Below are positions 11,068-23,120 of a stretch of 64,000 bases of DNA, in pieces (the first letter of the stretch is position 1; every line of letters starts with the position of its first letter). The notes below the pieces were generated by a model, which was not told the DNA's origin, ran no database searches, and was given only the letters and a program-made list of their open reading frames with translations. Source of the stretch: Basidiobolus meristosporus CBS 931.73 (taxonomy: Eukaryota > Fungi > Basidiobolomycota); the NCBI GenBank assembly GCA_002104905.1, contig MCFE01000017.1:186001-250000 (forward strand). Reading direction: 5' to 3'. The position numbers were made by a program, and so were the translations under genes.

Positions 11068-11834
11068 TTAACGGTAACGTCTAAGAGACAAAGTGTTTCT
11101 CTTGATCCAGTTGTTACGTCTTCCAGAGCCGATGGTCTTGTTGAAAGCATGTCCCTTTCCGTGACCACGGTTCTTCTTACCGATGGCAGTAAGGCCGCGG
11201 GCTTCACGGCGTTTGTGAACAGGGTTGCAGATCCAGTTGATGCGTGCGTCACGACGAATAGCCTTGTGGGAGGGATCAACAAGGATAACTTCGAAGTACT
11301 TGTAGGTGGAATCTTGGTTGACCCAGTAGGAGTTCAGGACGCGGAGATTGGCACACTTGCGTCCGACACGCTCCTCAGCAGTAGCACGGAGAGAGCGTTG
11401 GTACTTGAGGTGGTTGATGCCTTGGTTGACGGGCTTGCCAAATTGAGCACCCTTGGCAACAGGTCTCTTACGGTTACCACGACGAACTCTGACACGATAG
11501 ATAACGTATCCTTGCTTGGCCTTGTAGCCAAGTCTGCGAGCCTTATCGGGGCGAGAGGGGCGGGAGGCACGATGAATAACATTCAATTGTCTACGATAAA
11601 ATTGAAATTCGAAAAACAAAGGTTATTCATGTTATCCCTGAACAATAGTCATCGGAATATTGGGGGAACCAGTACACAGATCAAAAGATGCTGCAGGTCT
11701 TCCCATCGCCCAATATTAACCTAACAGGGAAACAATCAATACCTATACTCCCAGCATCTGACACGAAGCAAGAAGCCCATGACATCGGATTGCTTCTTCT
11801 TGTATAATTCTTCGATATATTTATAGGCACCCAT
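11068..11834 (-). CDS. RPL15: 60S ribosomal protein L15 (eL15), one intron at 11591-11742
   Basis: [31 protein letters not shown] spliced to [27 protein letters not shown]. Confidence 0.96.
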
Positions 11835-12113
11835 TGCGAACTAAGGTCGAGAGAGTTAGTGTGAGTTCTGCTGGATGGATGTGGGTCGGTTGGCTTACCT
11901 AGTATGTGACAATGATGAATGAGGAGGAGGGGGGTGATTTTGCACAAACATAAATCTTATATGGTGGATCCGACAGGTGGCCCGGTGCCAATAATTTTTA
12001 TCTTTCAGCCAACCACGCAGCTCGAAAGCCATTTGTAGTGTACACAATAGCCAGTTTTGGGGAGTCGTAAACCTAACCCTAACCCTCCCCCTAGCATTCT
12101 ATTTATTGATCTT

Positions 12114-13088
12114 TTATACACCATACATGTTTCTGGTGTTCTCGCGGGTGATACCAAGGACTCTGTCAACTGGAATGTTGCTTAATTCCCCTACTTTCTC
12201 TGCAATATAAGGGATCATACCGGGGTGTGAGGCCTTGACTTTCCCGTATCGACGAAATTCATGCTGAACTCGATTCGGCACCATGTATGGGCCATCTGTT
12301 TCCAGCAAAAGTCGGGATGTTGGCGCAACATTTCTTACAATTTCTTGAATATCTTTGGCAGAGGCAAAAGTTACAACACCCGTGATACCGAGATAGAGGT
12401 GACTGAAATGAAACAGTAGGCGCTCTGCTAAACCTGGGGAGGAGGTAAAGCAGTGAACATGAATCTTCCAATTTTGGGGGATATATGCTTTCATGATTTC
12501 GAGGGTATCTTCTTCAGCTTCTCTGGTATGCACTACTATAGGTTTGTTGTTTCGCAGGGCAAGCTCAATCTGCTTCGTGAATACCTTTTGCTGGACTTTG
12601 GGCGGACTTTTGTTGTAGTGATAATCCAATCCCATTTCTCCACAAGCGACAACCTTGGGCAGGGATAGGAGCTCTTCAAGCTGTTGCTCAACCCTATGAG
12701 TATATGCTAGAGCTTGATGTGGATGCACGCCAACTGAATGATACACCAGCTCATGCTGAATCATATGGTATTTATCAAGATCCGAAGGAGAACATAGTAC
12801 GTTGATGCAAGAGGCCATATTGTTTGGAAAGCAGCTTTTGTAGAGTGTCGCGTAATCTCGGATGTTTTCGTTGTGAGCGGCATAGTCAAGAATGTAATTT
12901 AAGTGGCAATGTGTATCAACAAACGGTGCTCTAGATATATTGCGCAATTCCCGAGTGTGTGGGAACACAAGCAGCTCCTTCCTGAAGTTCGATATTGACC
13001 TTCGCAAAGCTCTCGCTCCGATGGAACATAACTTACCTAAGCGGTCCTTTTGTCTAGGTATCATTTGATTGACGAGCAAAAGAACCAA
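12114..13088 (-). CDS. TatD-family deoxyribonuclease (start codon uncertain)
   Basis: FVDTHCHL, GVHPH, VACGEMGLDYH, HTRE, HCF and LLLETDGPY motifs. Confidence 0.9.
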   Translation of the reverse strand: MVLLLVNQMIPRQKDRLGKLCSIGARALRRSISNFRKELLVFPHTRELRNISRAPFVDTHCHLNYILDYAAHNENIRDYATLYKSCFPNNMASCINVLCSPSDLDKYHMIQHELVYHSVGVHPHQALAYTHRVEQQLEELLSLPKVVACGEMGLDYHYNKSPPKVQQKVFTKQIELALRNNKPIVVHTREAEEDTLEIMKAYIPQNWKIHVHCFTSSPGLAERLLFHFSHLYLGITGVVTFASAKDIQEIVRNVAPTSRLLLETDGPYMVPNRVQHEFRRYGKVKASHPGMIPYIAEKVGELSNIPVDRVLGITRENTRNMYGV

Positions 13089-13222
13089 GGCTCATTGATA
13101 CCCCAAATATTTCGGTGGTTCTGTTGAAATAAAAATGGATGGGCTCAGTAGTACGAGATATGATGTTTGAAAGTTAACTTGGTTTATTCAGAATGAAGAA
13201 TAAGGGATTCACTCGCAAAGAC

Positions 13223-13663
13223 TTATTCTTGACGACGACCACGGAACTCAGGCTTGAAATCGCCAGAGGCACCTTCCTTCTTGGCACCGTCATCACGGCG
13301 TCTGTAACCTTCGCGATCACCACGAGGACCACGGAAAGGACGGTCACCTTCTTGACGAGGGCGGATACCAACGGGTCTAGCGGTCTTCTTCATGGTAGCG
13401 GGGACGATCTCGGCGGGCAAGTGAAGGAATTCACGGAGATATTCAATACCCTCGTTGGTGAGGAAGTAGTAGTAATGTTGCCACGAGAATTGGGTCTTGA
13501 CGTAGCCGCGAGAGTTGAGGGATTGCAAAGCCTTGATGACTTGAAGGTTAGGAACATCAAGTTCATCATGCTTAGGAGCATTGAAGTCCTTCTTGGCAAC
13601 CATGACGCCCTCCTTGAAGAGGCTCTCGTAGATGAGCTTTCTGTTCTGCTTGGGAATAAGCAT
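13223..13663 (-). CDS. RPS10: 40S ribosomal protein S10 (eS10); probable 5'UTR intron at about 13677-13823
   Basis: [28 protein letters not shown]...[31 protein letters not shown]. Confidence 0.96.
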   Translation of the reverse strand: MLIPKQNRKLIYESLFKEGVMVAKKDFNAPKHDELDVPNLQVIKALQSLNSRGYVKTQFSWQHYYYFLTNEGIEYLREFLHLPAEIVPATMKKTARPVGIRPRQEGDRPFRGPRGDREGYRRRDDGAKKEGASGDFKPEFRGRRQE

Positions 13664-14603
13664 TTTTGCAAGGTAACTATACGAAGAGGAGGTTAGCTAT
13701 TTGAATACATTGGAGACGAAATGGATGGGTCGTGTCTACGGATGGATTCACCTGGGACATGATCCATCCGAGCCAGTTCGTTCACACGTTTACTTGATCC
13801 ATCCAGCTTTGAACCTTACTGACCTTTCTAAAGGAAAATAATTCCGAGTTACGGCAGAAGAGAGGGATCTAGGAACCTGGCTTCCCAATAATTTAAGGCA
13901 CTACCTTGGTCATCCCTGTCAAGATTTTTCTGAAAATTTTGGCTTCGTTGTGATCCTCCTTGTGAGCCATTTCATTGGCTCAGGGCCACAGTACAGGTTG
14001 ATCAGAAAAAAAAGCATCGCGCTAAACATCGCCACCACTTTCGCCATTCCCCAACCCTAACCCATCATTTTGCTCGACCATCCGAATTGTAGGATTTGGT
14101 TTAGGAGCATAGAAGTGTGCTAAGTTGAGCAAAATTCGCCAAATCTCGATTAGCGTGGAATTAGTAATCGGACATTCATGGAGCTATCGGTTTAATGTTC
14201 GGAAAGCATCCTTGATTAATAATTACGACGTTCCCTTGGATAATCCATATCCTAGGTGACCAATAATTCACACTACGTACTGTAATTTATTAGTCATCAT
14301 CATCAATAATTTCTCCCCACTGATCCAAAATAGGTGAACAGATTCCATGATTGAAGTTTAAGCTACATTGCAGCCAATCTAAGTTGACTAAGATTATACT
14401 CATCACTCACATGGCTATGGTTTACCCAAAGGTCAATCAGTGGGAGTCGGAAATTCTGCCATCCAAGTACAATATATCAGTAGCCATTTTCTCTGACACT
14501 CCGACCTTGCTCATGAATATTCCTGTTTCATATTTCTTTGGCAAGAGCGTTTCCCTTTATAATCCTATCCTTTGCCTTGGTCGACCCATAATTATCTTTG
14601 CGA

Positions 14604-15573
14604 ATGGATTCTCTATTGCTCCAGAGCTCTAAAGGAGCTATAACACCCCCCTTTCGACAAAAGATCTCCCACGGCTTGATCGGTAACTACTCATTCGTGA
14701 ACTTGGAGCGATCCATATTCGCAGACACCATGTTCCATGATACTCCGCTAACCTCGCTATTTTGCAGATGCGACTGCTTCGATCATAGAGTCGATATGGC
14801 CCAGTCATTCATTCTCTAAATCAATCACCTTGACTCCGTTAAAACCCTTTCTCGTGCAAACTCTGCGCGAATCCAAGGTGTCCATTATCACATTGCAAAT
14901 AGCTTTGTTGTATTTGCTTCGCGTCAAGATTGCGGGGAAGTACGAGGGCGGCTGCAAGGGTGGCCCACCCAACTTTGCCAAGTGTGGACGCCGAATGTTT
15001 ATTGCTGCACTTATCGTGTCCGGAAAATTCCTAAACGACAAATATCTGAAGAATTGCACGTGGGCGCAGCTCACCAAGACTCCGGTAGCCGAGATCAACA
15101 TGGTCGAGCTCTCTTTTCTGAGGCTGATCGATTACAATCTTTTCGTTCCCGTATCTGCTTTTGTGCGCTGGTCCACGTTGCTCAGCAATTATATATGTAC
15201 GAAGGAGTCTTGCCCACCGTTAACTTCGTCCTGTGTGGAATTGTTCGGCCATCTCTCCAAGCCCAATCGAAAACAAGCACGATATGCTCCGTATGCGGCA
15301 CATCGAAGATCCACCCATTCCAAAGCCACTAGCGCAAGCAACAGCTCTAACACCAACGAACATCTCCGTCTTGATGGCGTTCCATTGATGTCAATAGCAA
15401 AACCATTAGATGATACCCTACCTTGGAGCCGCACGGAAATCCTGAATTTGGAGCCACCGAATAAGCCGCCTTCCGACCTGTTCCATTCGTTACCAATCAG
15501 CCCCTTATCAAGTAGCGGCACACTTGAACCATCCATATTGGCTCTGTCGCCTTTGCAACAGAGAGATGCCTAA
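14604..15573 (+). CDS. Pho85-type cyclin (Pcl/Clg1-like), one intron near the 5' end
   Basis: Cyclin box TLQIALLYLLRVK...CGRRMFIAALIVSGKFLNDKYLKNCTWA..INMVELSFLRLIDYNLFV. Exon 1 MDSLLLQ...HGLI splices to DATASIIESIW. Confidence 0.85.
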
Positions 15574-15813
15574 TTTCTAACAAAAACTGTACAGTTTTCT
15601 GGATCACTCTCACAGCTAATCCATTGTATCATCACTCCAACTTTTTAATACACTCACTACCAAATCGCGTGGCTGCCATTCATATATTTGGTAGGGTGGA
15701 GCGGTCACTAATTATTGGCACAATGTAAATAGGTGCACTTTTTGAATCTCATAAACAATCGAATCAGTTCTTTATTTCCATCACGAATGGGCCTTGAAAG
15801 GGATTTCTATTGC

Positions 15814-16961
15814 TCAGAAGCTCTCATCGGAATCGTACTCTTGCAGATGCATATCGTTTAGGCTCTTGTGCAGCGCCTTCATGTTGTTCACTTCGTCAGG
15901 CGCAACAAATCCCTCCTAGATGTTGGTGAAAGTCAAAGAATGCTTACTACCACTGGCCGTAATTCTGAATGTTGGTGACCCTTCCTACCGTTGAACCATA
16001 CAGAACCTCGTGTAGTTCTCGCAACACATCCACTCCGCTTCTCTTTTCCTCAACCCCAAGACTGGCTACCTGCTCCACTTCTCGAAGTTTCGTGTAATAA
16101 TAGTCTCTTTCGCGCTCCAACGTATCCAGTTGTCTCTGCATCTCGGTCAGCTGGCGACGAAGCTCTTCGACCATTGGCGCATGCCCTGGTGAGGTATTGT
16201 TAAGAGGACGTGAATGTCCATTCCGGCTGATTCTTGATGAAGAGCGCTCTAGAGTAATATATGACCGGACGGCAAAGTGTTGAGAACCTCTTTCACCGGT
16301 CCTAATATTCACTCAGCACCTACCATAGTTCGAGGTGCGCGAAAACGTGGCACGTGAGGAGCTACGTCTGCCGTTGGTGGGCGAGGGTTGGTCTGCTCTT
16401 CTTGCGACCGGGTCGTATGGTGGTACATCGACAGTATCATGGAAATGTTTGAGCCACTGTAGGAACTCCAAATTATTCTGAAATTTACATTTTACTAGTT
16501 TGTCGATGGGTATTTCCTACAAAGCGGAGAGTTCCAAGGTTAGAAAGTCTTCCGGAAGGCTTAGCCTGACAAAGATACCTTCTCAATTTTATGTTTATTA
16601 AATGCTACTTGAAGAATCTTGAAATTCTGGATATATTCATACTCCTGGTTGGCGCTGAACTTGACTTTGTTCATCTGAACGTCACCTGCAACCAGATATA
16701 GTCAGCAAAGGTTTGCGTCTCACTTGAAAACCACTGAATGAAACGTGTTTCGGTGGCTTATTCGTACCATAGATAGAGTCAATTATCTGACAATATGCCG
16801 CGCCTAGGTGAGCGAAAGTATATCAATTCACAGGAGAAAATGGACGTACGTTTCGATAGGAGCTGGCGCTTACCTGTGCCGAGTTGCTCTATCTTGGTAA
16901 AGCTCAGTTGCAGTAATTCGTTAACCCAGGCCAAAAGTTCGATTCTACTTTCGCCCATCAT
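15814..16961 (-). CDS. BIM1: EB1/Bim1/Mal3 microtubule plus-end tracking protein, multi-exon
   Basis: [29 protein letters not shown] (CH domain). Coiled coil [16 protein letters not shown] and acidic-aromatic C-terminus DSDESF*. Confidence 0.92.
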
Positions 16962-17767
16962 TTTATTGAATGAAGTCTAAATGGTGGCAAGAGAGTTGGT
17001 GGAAAACGGTAGAGAAAACCTGAGAAGGGGAAAAGTATTGTATAAAATAGCAACATCCAGTCGGTGCATATTACAATGGGGGGGGGGTCAGATAGAGATT
17101 AGTCTGGTAGCTGATGTGCGTCTTATTACATGAATTAAGCTAATGTGTGAAGAATAGATTGAAATCTGATATTCTTCTGCAACTATATTGGTAGATAAAT
17201 GGTAGATTGATGGAAATGCTCGATGTATTTGACATGGTCAATTAACCTTAATCGTTCGCCTGCAAGGATAATCACTCAATAATCCACGTCAAGCAGGAGT
17301 TTACTGACCGCATGCACTTTAGATTGGCAGTTAATAGTGCACTGTTGACACCTGCTATTCCTGAAGCAGTGTTGGTTTCACCAAAAGAACAATATCAAAC
17401 GCAGCAACTGACATACGTTGCTATATCCAGCCAATTCATGACTATATTTCGTAGTCGTAGAGAATCTATTTGCCATGCAGCTGCCCTCCGAGCTACCAAG
17501 TTGTTTCTTAATGGTCACTCCATGTCCCACAGCCTCATACCTGTCAAATCTATCCATACGATAAGCAATATATCGATCGAGATGACACTTGTGTCACAGA
17601 ATTGCTGCAAGAGGCGCTTGGTATTCTATTGTATGAGAGCATGATGTTTATTTAGAAAGATTGGTGATTAAAGTGAGCAGTGTATATCAGGGTTTCGTAC
17701 ATGTACTGGATGGTAAAGGTAGTGTCAAATGTGATGTTATAGCGGGTGATTCTTGGAAATAAGTTGA

Positions 17768-20266
17768 TTATAGATTCCACAGATTAACTATATTATCTTT
17801 GCCACCGCTTACTAACACATCTTCCTTCATTCGGATTGTGCGTGCGGGTTGGCTATGACCAAGGAACGTGGTGTGTTGGAAGGAGATCCGGTTATACACC
17901 TAGACGATGCACAGTTAGAAGACCTGGTGGAGTGCAGTTGGGAGCAAGATGGGTACCTGTAGTTGATTCTGACCAGCCGCGGAGACGATCTTTTCCTTGT
18001 CGTACTGTAGACTAGTCACGCTGTTCTCGTAGTGCAGAGTATCGAAAGTTTTTCCGGCACGGATATCCCATACCTTGAGATAAGCATTAGATTAGAAGAT
18101 CAAAGGGTGCCAGGTGGAGGAGAACTCACTCGGATAGTTTTATCAAGAGATCCGCTGAAAATGTAATTGTTATCAAATTCCAAGGTGGTGATGGGAGCTG
18201 AGTGAAACGGTTAGGAACGGGTGGCTGGATGGCTACAGGTTAAATGACTTACCAGAATGACCAGACAAAGTACGGTGAGTTTGCCCGGTACGTACTTAGG
18301 TTAGTTAAGGCATATATAGAGGGGTGTGTGAAATAGAGTTTGAGGATTATTACGAAAGGATACAGTCCCACATGCGCAGGGCTCCATCGGCAGTTCCGCT
18401 AACTAGTGCGTATTTCCAGAATTTCAAAGCCCCAACGAAACCACCCACTCCGTACTCGTCACCGATGCTACTCCACATACTATAGTTACTGCCTTTCATG
18501 TTCCACAAGATATCCATATTCATGACACATTGTCCAGTTTCCATGTCCCATTGTTTCATAGTTTTATCAGCCGAGCCAGTAACCTTTAGAACGAACGGTT
18601 GGTATACGGTAAAATAGTTGTTGTGGAGATGCACTTACCAAGGTGTTGTTGCCGAACTGCAAACAGCAGATTGCATCGTTGTGTCCAGCAATAACATTAA
18701 GGCAAGAGGGATCCCCGTGGAAGTATTCGCGGACTGGCGATTGAGGGGTAACCGGATATTCTGAAGTGTCGTTTTCTGGATCGCGAGGGTTTTCTGTGCT
18801 TGTCTCGGTATCAAGCTCCTCAGGGAGTGGCTCCTTCTGAGGAATCACCGGGGAAATGGAAAGGTCCCAGATACACACGGTACCATCATTAGAGCCCGTG
18901 GCCAAAATGTGGTCTTGAACTTGTACACATCGAACAATATCTAGCAAAATCACCGATCAATTAAACTGGTCACTACAATGGGGATGGCTTTGTAACTCTA
19001 CCAGTATGGCCTTGAATGGTTCGAACACATTCGTAACTGTCCAAATCCCAAACTCTAACGGTGGTATCAGTAGAACCTGATACAAGTATCCGGCTACTGA
19101 GGTCAAAATCGACACAGGTTACAGTGTTATCATGGCCGTATAATGACTAGCGAAAGTAGTATAAGAAATCAGGTTGATCAAGATTTGATACATTAATTCA
19201 AAACCCACCTTTTTGACAGTTCCATAGTTGCTCTTCTTAGTGGTATCTACAGCATCTAATTGATATGTTATCAAGAGTGACGATGACTATCGTGGCGTTC
19301 CAGTTACCATTGGTGTCTGGTGTGCGGAGTTCAGGCTCGGGCTCGGGCTCGTCATCAGCCATAAGAGCAATTTTATCCTGCAGGTCAGTCACTGCAAAGC
19401 GTAAGCAACAGACTTGGATTCAATCATGGCGAAATCAACCTAGGCTTACATATCCCTTCAGTTTTCTTTTCGTGCTTTTCTAGCTTTGTTAATTGTAGAA
19501 GGAGGGCATCTTTTTTCGAAAGCAGGTCGTCTATCAGGTTTTCAATTTTCTCAATCTCTTTTTGAAGATGTTTCTGCATGATCGTAAATCGGATGTCAGT
19601 GACGCAATATGATTGGTATCGTTTCCACTCGGCTATCTACCTTTTTGTCTTTGGTGTTTTCCATTTCAGAGAAGGCTTGGTCTCGTTCAAGCTGAAGATC
19701 ATTACATATGCTCGAGGTCAGACCTGTTTCCTCCGCAGGAATCGAAGACAGTTAGTTTCTTAGAACGACGAAACAGGCGGCGGTTACTAACCATTTGTTT
19801 TGGCTTGTTCAGAAGCATCGGAGTTGTCGTCAGATTTCTTACCTCGGCGGCGATGCTTCCTTGGCGAATTCAAGGTAGTTTCGGCGGTCTCCTTCAGAGA
19901 CTCACTTAGGCCGAGTTGAAACCCTTCAAATAAGGACATCCCGTTGTTCATTTCCGATTCACCGTGTGGGATTCCTGCCAACAACAACTTATCGGTGGAC
20001 CTTCCCACCTCTAGTTGAGAATCCAGCTTTCTCGTTGGGTTTTTGGTCATCAAAAAGCGTAAAGTTTGCTGATGGGTATCGGATTTATTTGACCAGCTAG
20101 AGGAGCCGACCAGGGTGGAGGAGAGAAGCGAGTTGGTAAGAGGAGACATTACTAAAGAGGCGGTGTTCGCCAATGCGCTCAACGGTCTCCATACTTCTGA
20201 GGTTAAAGATCTCGTTTCGTTACTTCGATTATCCGAGAGGGGCCTCCCTGGCTGAGGAGTAGACAT
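17768..20266 (-). CDS. MDV1: Mdv1/Caf4-like WD40 mitochondrial fission adaptor, multi-exon
   Basis: N-terminal extension with SLFEGF, a coiled coil, and several WD40 repeats (LATGSNDGTVCIWD, TGSADKTMKQWD, GGFVGALKFWKYALVSGTADGALRMWD). Confidence 0.85.
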
Positions 20267-20666
20267 GCTTGCGCTTAGGTGAATTAACGAAATCACGTAA
20301 AAATTCAATGACCTGGATAAAGCTAGAATTTCAATCGAAAATGAAAACCCCCAAAAAATCCATTAGCTATTCCTAGAACAGTCACGCATTTGGTTGATTT
20401 TGAATTTGATCACAAATTCACCATCCAATTGAACAAGCCACTTGTCATAGGCCCGATCTATGCTTAGGCAACGTACTTGAGAGTGTATCCATATATGTAC
20501 TTTTGTAGTGATCGCATAATGGCGTAAACCGAAGGGAAATAGTGGAAAGATAATTTATGAGCAAAGTCCTATCAAAAATAGAGCAAACAATTTACATGGA
20601 GAAACACTAGTGCTATATAATCAATCCTCAATCTCTGAAAATGTTGTGTAAGTTATGCCAGTCAAC

Positions 20667-22114
20667 TTACAACGACCTCTGTCTTAAATGTCCAATTCCA
20701 AGCCCAACAGCTGGATGTTCTGGAGAGGCCTTCACTTGCTTTGAAGCTTGTTTTTCGTGTGTGCGCATGTGCTGTCCAAGATTATCTCTTCGCGAAAATG
20801 TCTTGTGGCACCCAATAAAAGTACAAGTAAAAGGTCTCTCAAGCGTATGTACCCGCATATGTCGTTTCAAGTGTTCTAAGCGTTTAAAGCGCATCTTGCA
20901 CCCAGAAACAGTGCAGATGTGATTTTTGGCGTTGGAAGTCCTTGGTGTAGTGGTGGTAGGCAAAAGATGGGACGGTGACTCCTGGATTGTAGCAAGAGGC
21001 GTACCAATCATGGATGGAATATGGGAGGTATGGTTGGTCAGGAAAGCTAGTGGCTGTCTTTGGGAATGAGGATGTGGAAATGGTAGTGATAATGCTTGTG
21101 CCAATAAGGGCATATTGGGGTATGTATGTGGGTATAGATGATGCAAAACAGCAGGAGGGAGAGTGTTTGAGCTTGGATGTTGTCTTTCAAAGGTACCAGG
21201 CGCTGAAGTCATGATTGCAATGCTATGTCTTCGTTCCGATCGACCCCGATTGGGTATTTTCATAGGTTGCTGTTCGCTGCAGTTTTGGCCAGTCGGGATG
21301 GTATATTCCGAATAGCGACGCTTGTGATGGTACGGGTTTGGTGCGTGTGCCTCAGCCTCATTTAGAAGCATGTGGATGTTACTGGTTTTGGATGGGGATA
21401 GTAAGGGTTCCTCCACATGACTAGAGGTGGACAAATTCAAATCCTCCAACTTGACCTTGGTAACTTGAGTCTCGTCGCCTATAGCTAAGCTTCCTCTTCG
21501 ATGGGTCAGAGCCGATCTCTCTTGCTTCAAATCGGGCGAGATGCGAGGATAGCTGTCAACTAGACTTTTTCGCCGCTGGTGGGTGCGATAATGAGCAGAA
21601 TAGTTGTCGCTTCTACTGAAACTCTTTCCGCATCCGGGGTATTCACAGACGTATGGACGCTCTTTGGTGTGAACCAGTTGATGTCTTTTCAAGTGCTCAC
21701 AGCGCTTGAAGCTCCAGTCGCACCCTACATAGGGACAGACATATGCATGCTTGCCAAGATCCGCTTCATCTCTCATTCTAAGCTCTGTATCAAGGCAGGC
21801 TGCGGTACTAGCAGGTGTTTCAAGTGCTCGTTCATCCTCAGAGTCACTGCTTATCTTTGAGGAATGACTGTACTCACTGTGGGAAGGGCTACCCGAATCG
21901 ATTTTATCCTCAGGAAATCCTTCTTGCGCTGTAGCTATAGTTGGAGGCGGGAATAAAAAAGATGATGCATGTATCTTGTGAGGCAAGTTGTCGGATCTTA
22001 GCTGACATATTGACGGAAGAACGCATGTGGAGGTGTCATCTGAGGATTGTCAAGTTAGTGACACGAAGGAGGAAGAATCAAGAACATTAACTGACCATTT
22101 GATGGGGAGGACAT
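20667..22114 (-). CDS. C2H2 transcription factor with two separated Msn2/Seb1-like zinc-finger pairs
   Basis: Pair 1: [10 protein letters not shown] / [10 protein letters not shown]. Pair 2: [10 protein letters not shown] / [10 protein letters not shown]. Probable short first exon MSSPSN at 22114 spliced in frame. Confidence 0.85.
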
Positions 22115-23120
22115 CTGAACGACTCTGGAGAATCCTGATTCCTGCGTGAGGGTGAACGGCTTGTACAATGGGCAAAGAGTGCAATCGCTTGCAAAAGTGT
22201 ATTTCAAAACAATAGCAACCGACGAGGGGATCGTATGCTAGAATCATTCGAGTCTTTCACCAGATGGGAGAACATTTATACCTGCCCAGGATCCATTAGC
22301 TAGACCATATTGTTTTAGGGATGAATTGGATGACTCCTTAATAATATAGTGCTGCAGATTCCCTCATGCGCTCCATAGCGCCATTGGCTATATGACTAAC
22401 CTTGCCTTCAACCAAAATGAAAATCATTGCGAGAATAAAATGACACCAGTTGGTGTATATCTGAATTGAACTCCAACCCTACTTATTGGATGATATGGCA
22501 GTAGTGAGCATCAGTCTTAGCCTTAGTTGAATCACGATAATTGTAACACAATAGTCTAAGGGGCCCTTCACCCTCCCTAACCATCATTAATTTTAAACAA
22601 TGCTGCAGCATCCCGAGAGAACCACCGATGAATTCAATACTTGGCTTACATAACCCACTTTCACAGTTACAGAAACACACGAATGCATATACCACCAGTA
22701 TAAAGAGCAACTGCAGTTAGCAGATTCATCTTCGCATGGACTCGGAGACACGCTTGCCAATTATCAAACGGAACGGGTAAACCAAGACAATCCAAGGAGG
22801 CTCTCCTGATTGACTCCTCCATCCGCTTTTGTATTTATTCAAAGGAAGAACTCAGTCCATTCAAGCAAGCTTAGTTATTTTAAATCCCCATGTTACACGA
22901 CTCTCTGAGACGTGCGATCATTTTGAGTTGAAAGCACTTCAACTCCCATGTGGTGGATGTCGAAGCAATCTCTCATGTATTTGGGCTGTTATTTGTCAGA
23001 AAAAAGGCCCACACTGGTAAAATGATATCACATGATCATCAAGATTGAAAGGCTTTTGTCAAAATGCTATCGAGCCTTTCACATCAATATTTGCCTTTGT
23101 GTTGACGTTCGTTTGCAGTC

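Noticed and set aside
2678-15573. PHO-regulon gene cluster (Pho84 plus Pho85 cyclin)
   Set aside because: The genes are 10 kb apart with unrelated genes between them, the cyclin looks Pcl/Clg1-like rather than Pho80, and only a variant CACGTA site lies near Pho84.
16517-16578. EB1 intron starting GTATCTTT as U12-type
   Set aside because: Branch is TTCTAAC about 21 nt from the AG, followed by a pyrimidine-rich stretch, so it is more U2-like. An intronIC score would settle it.
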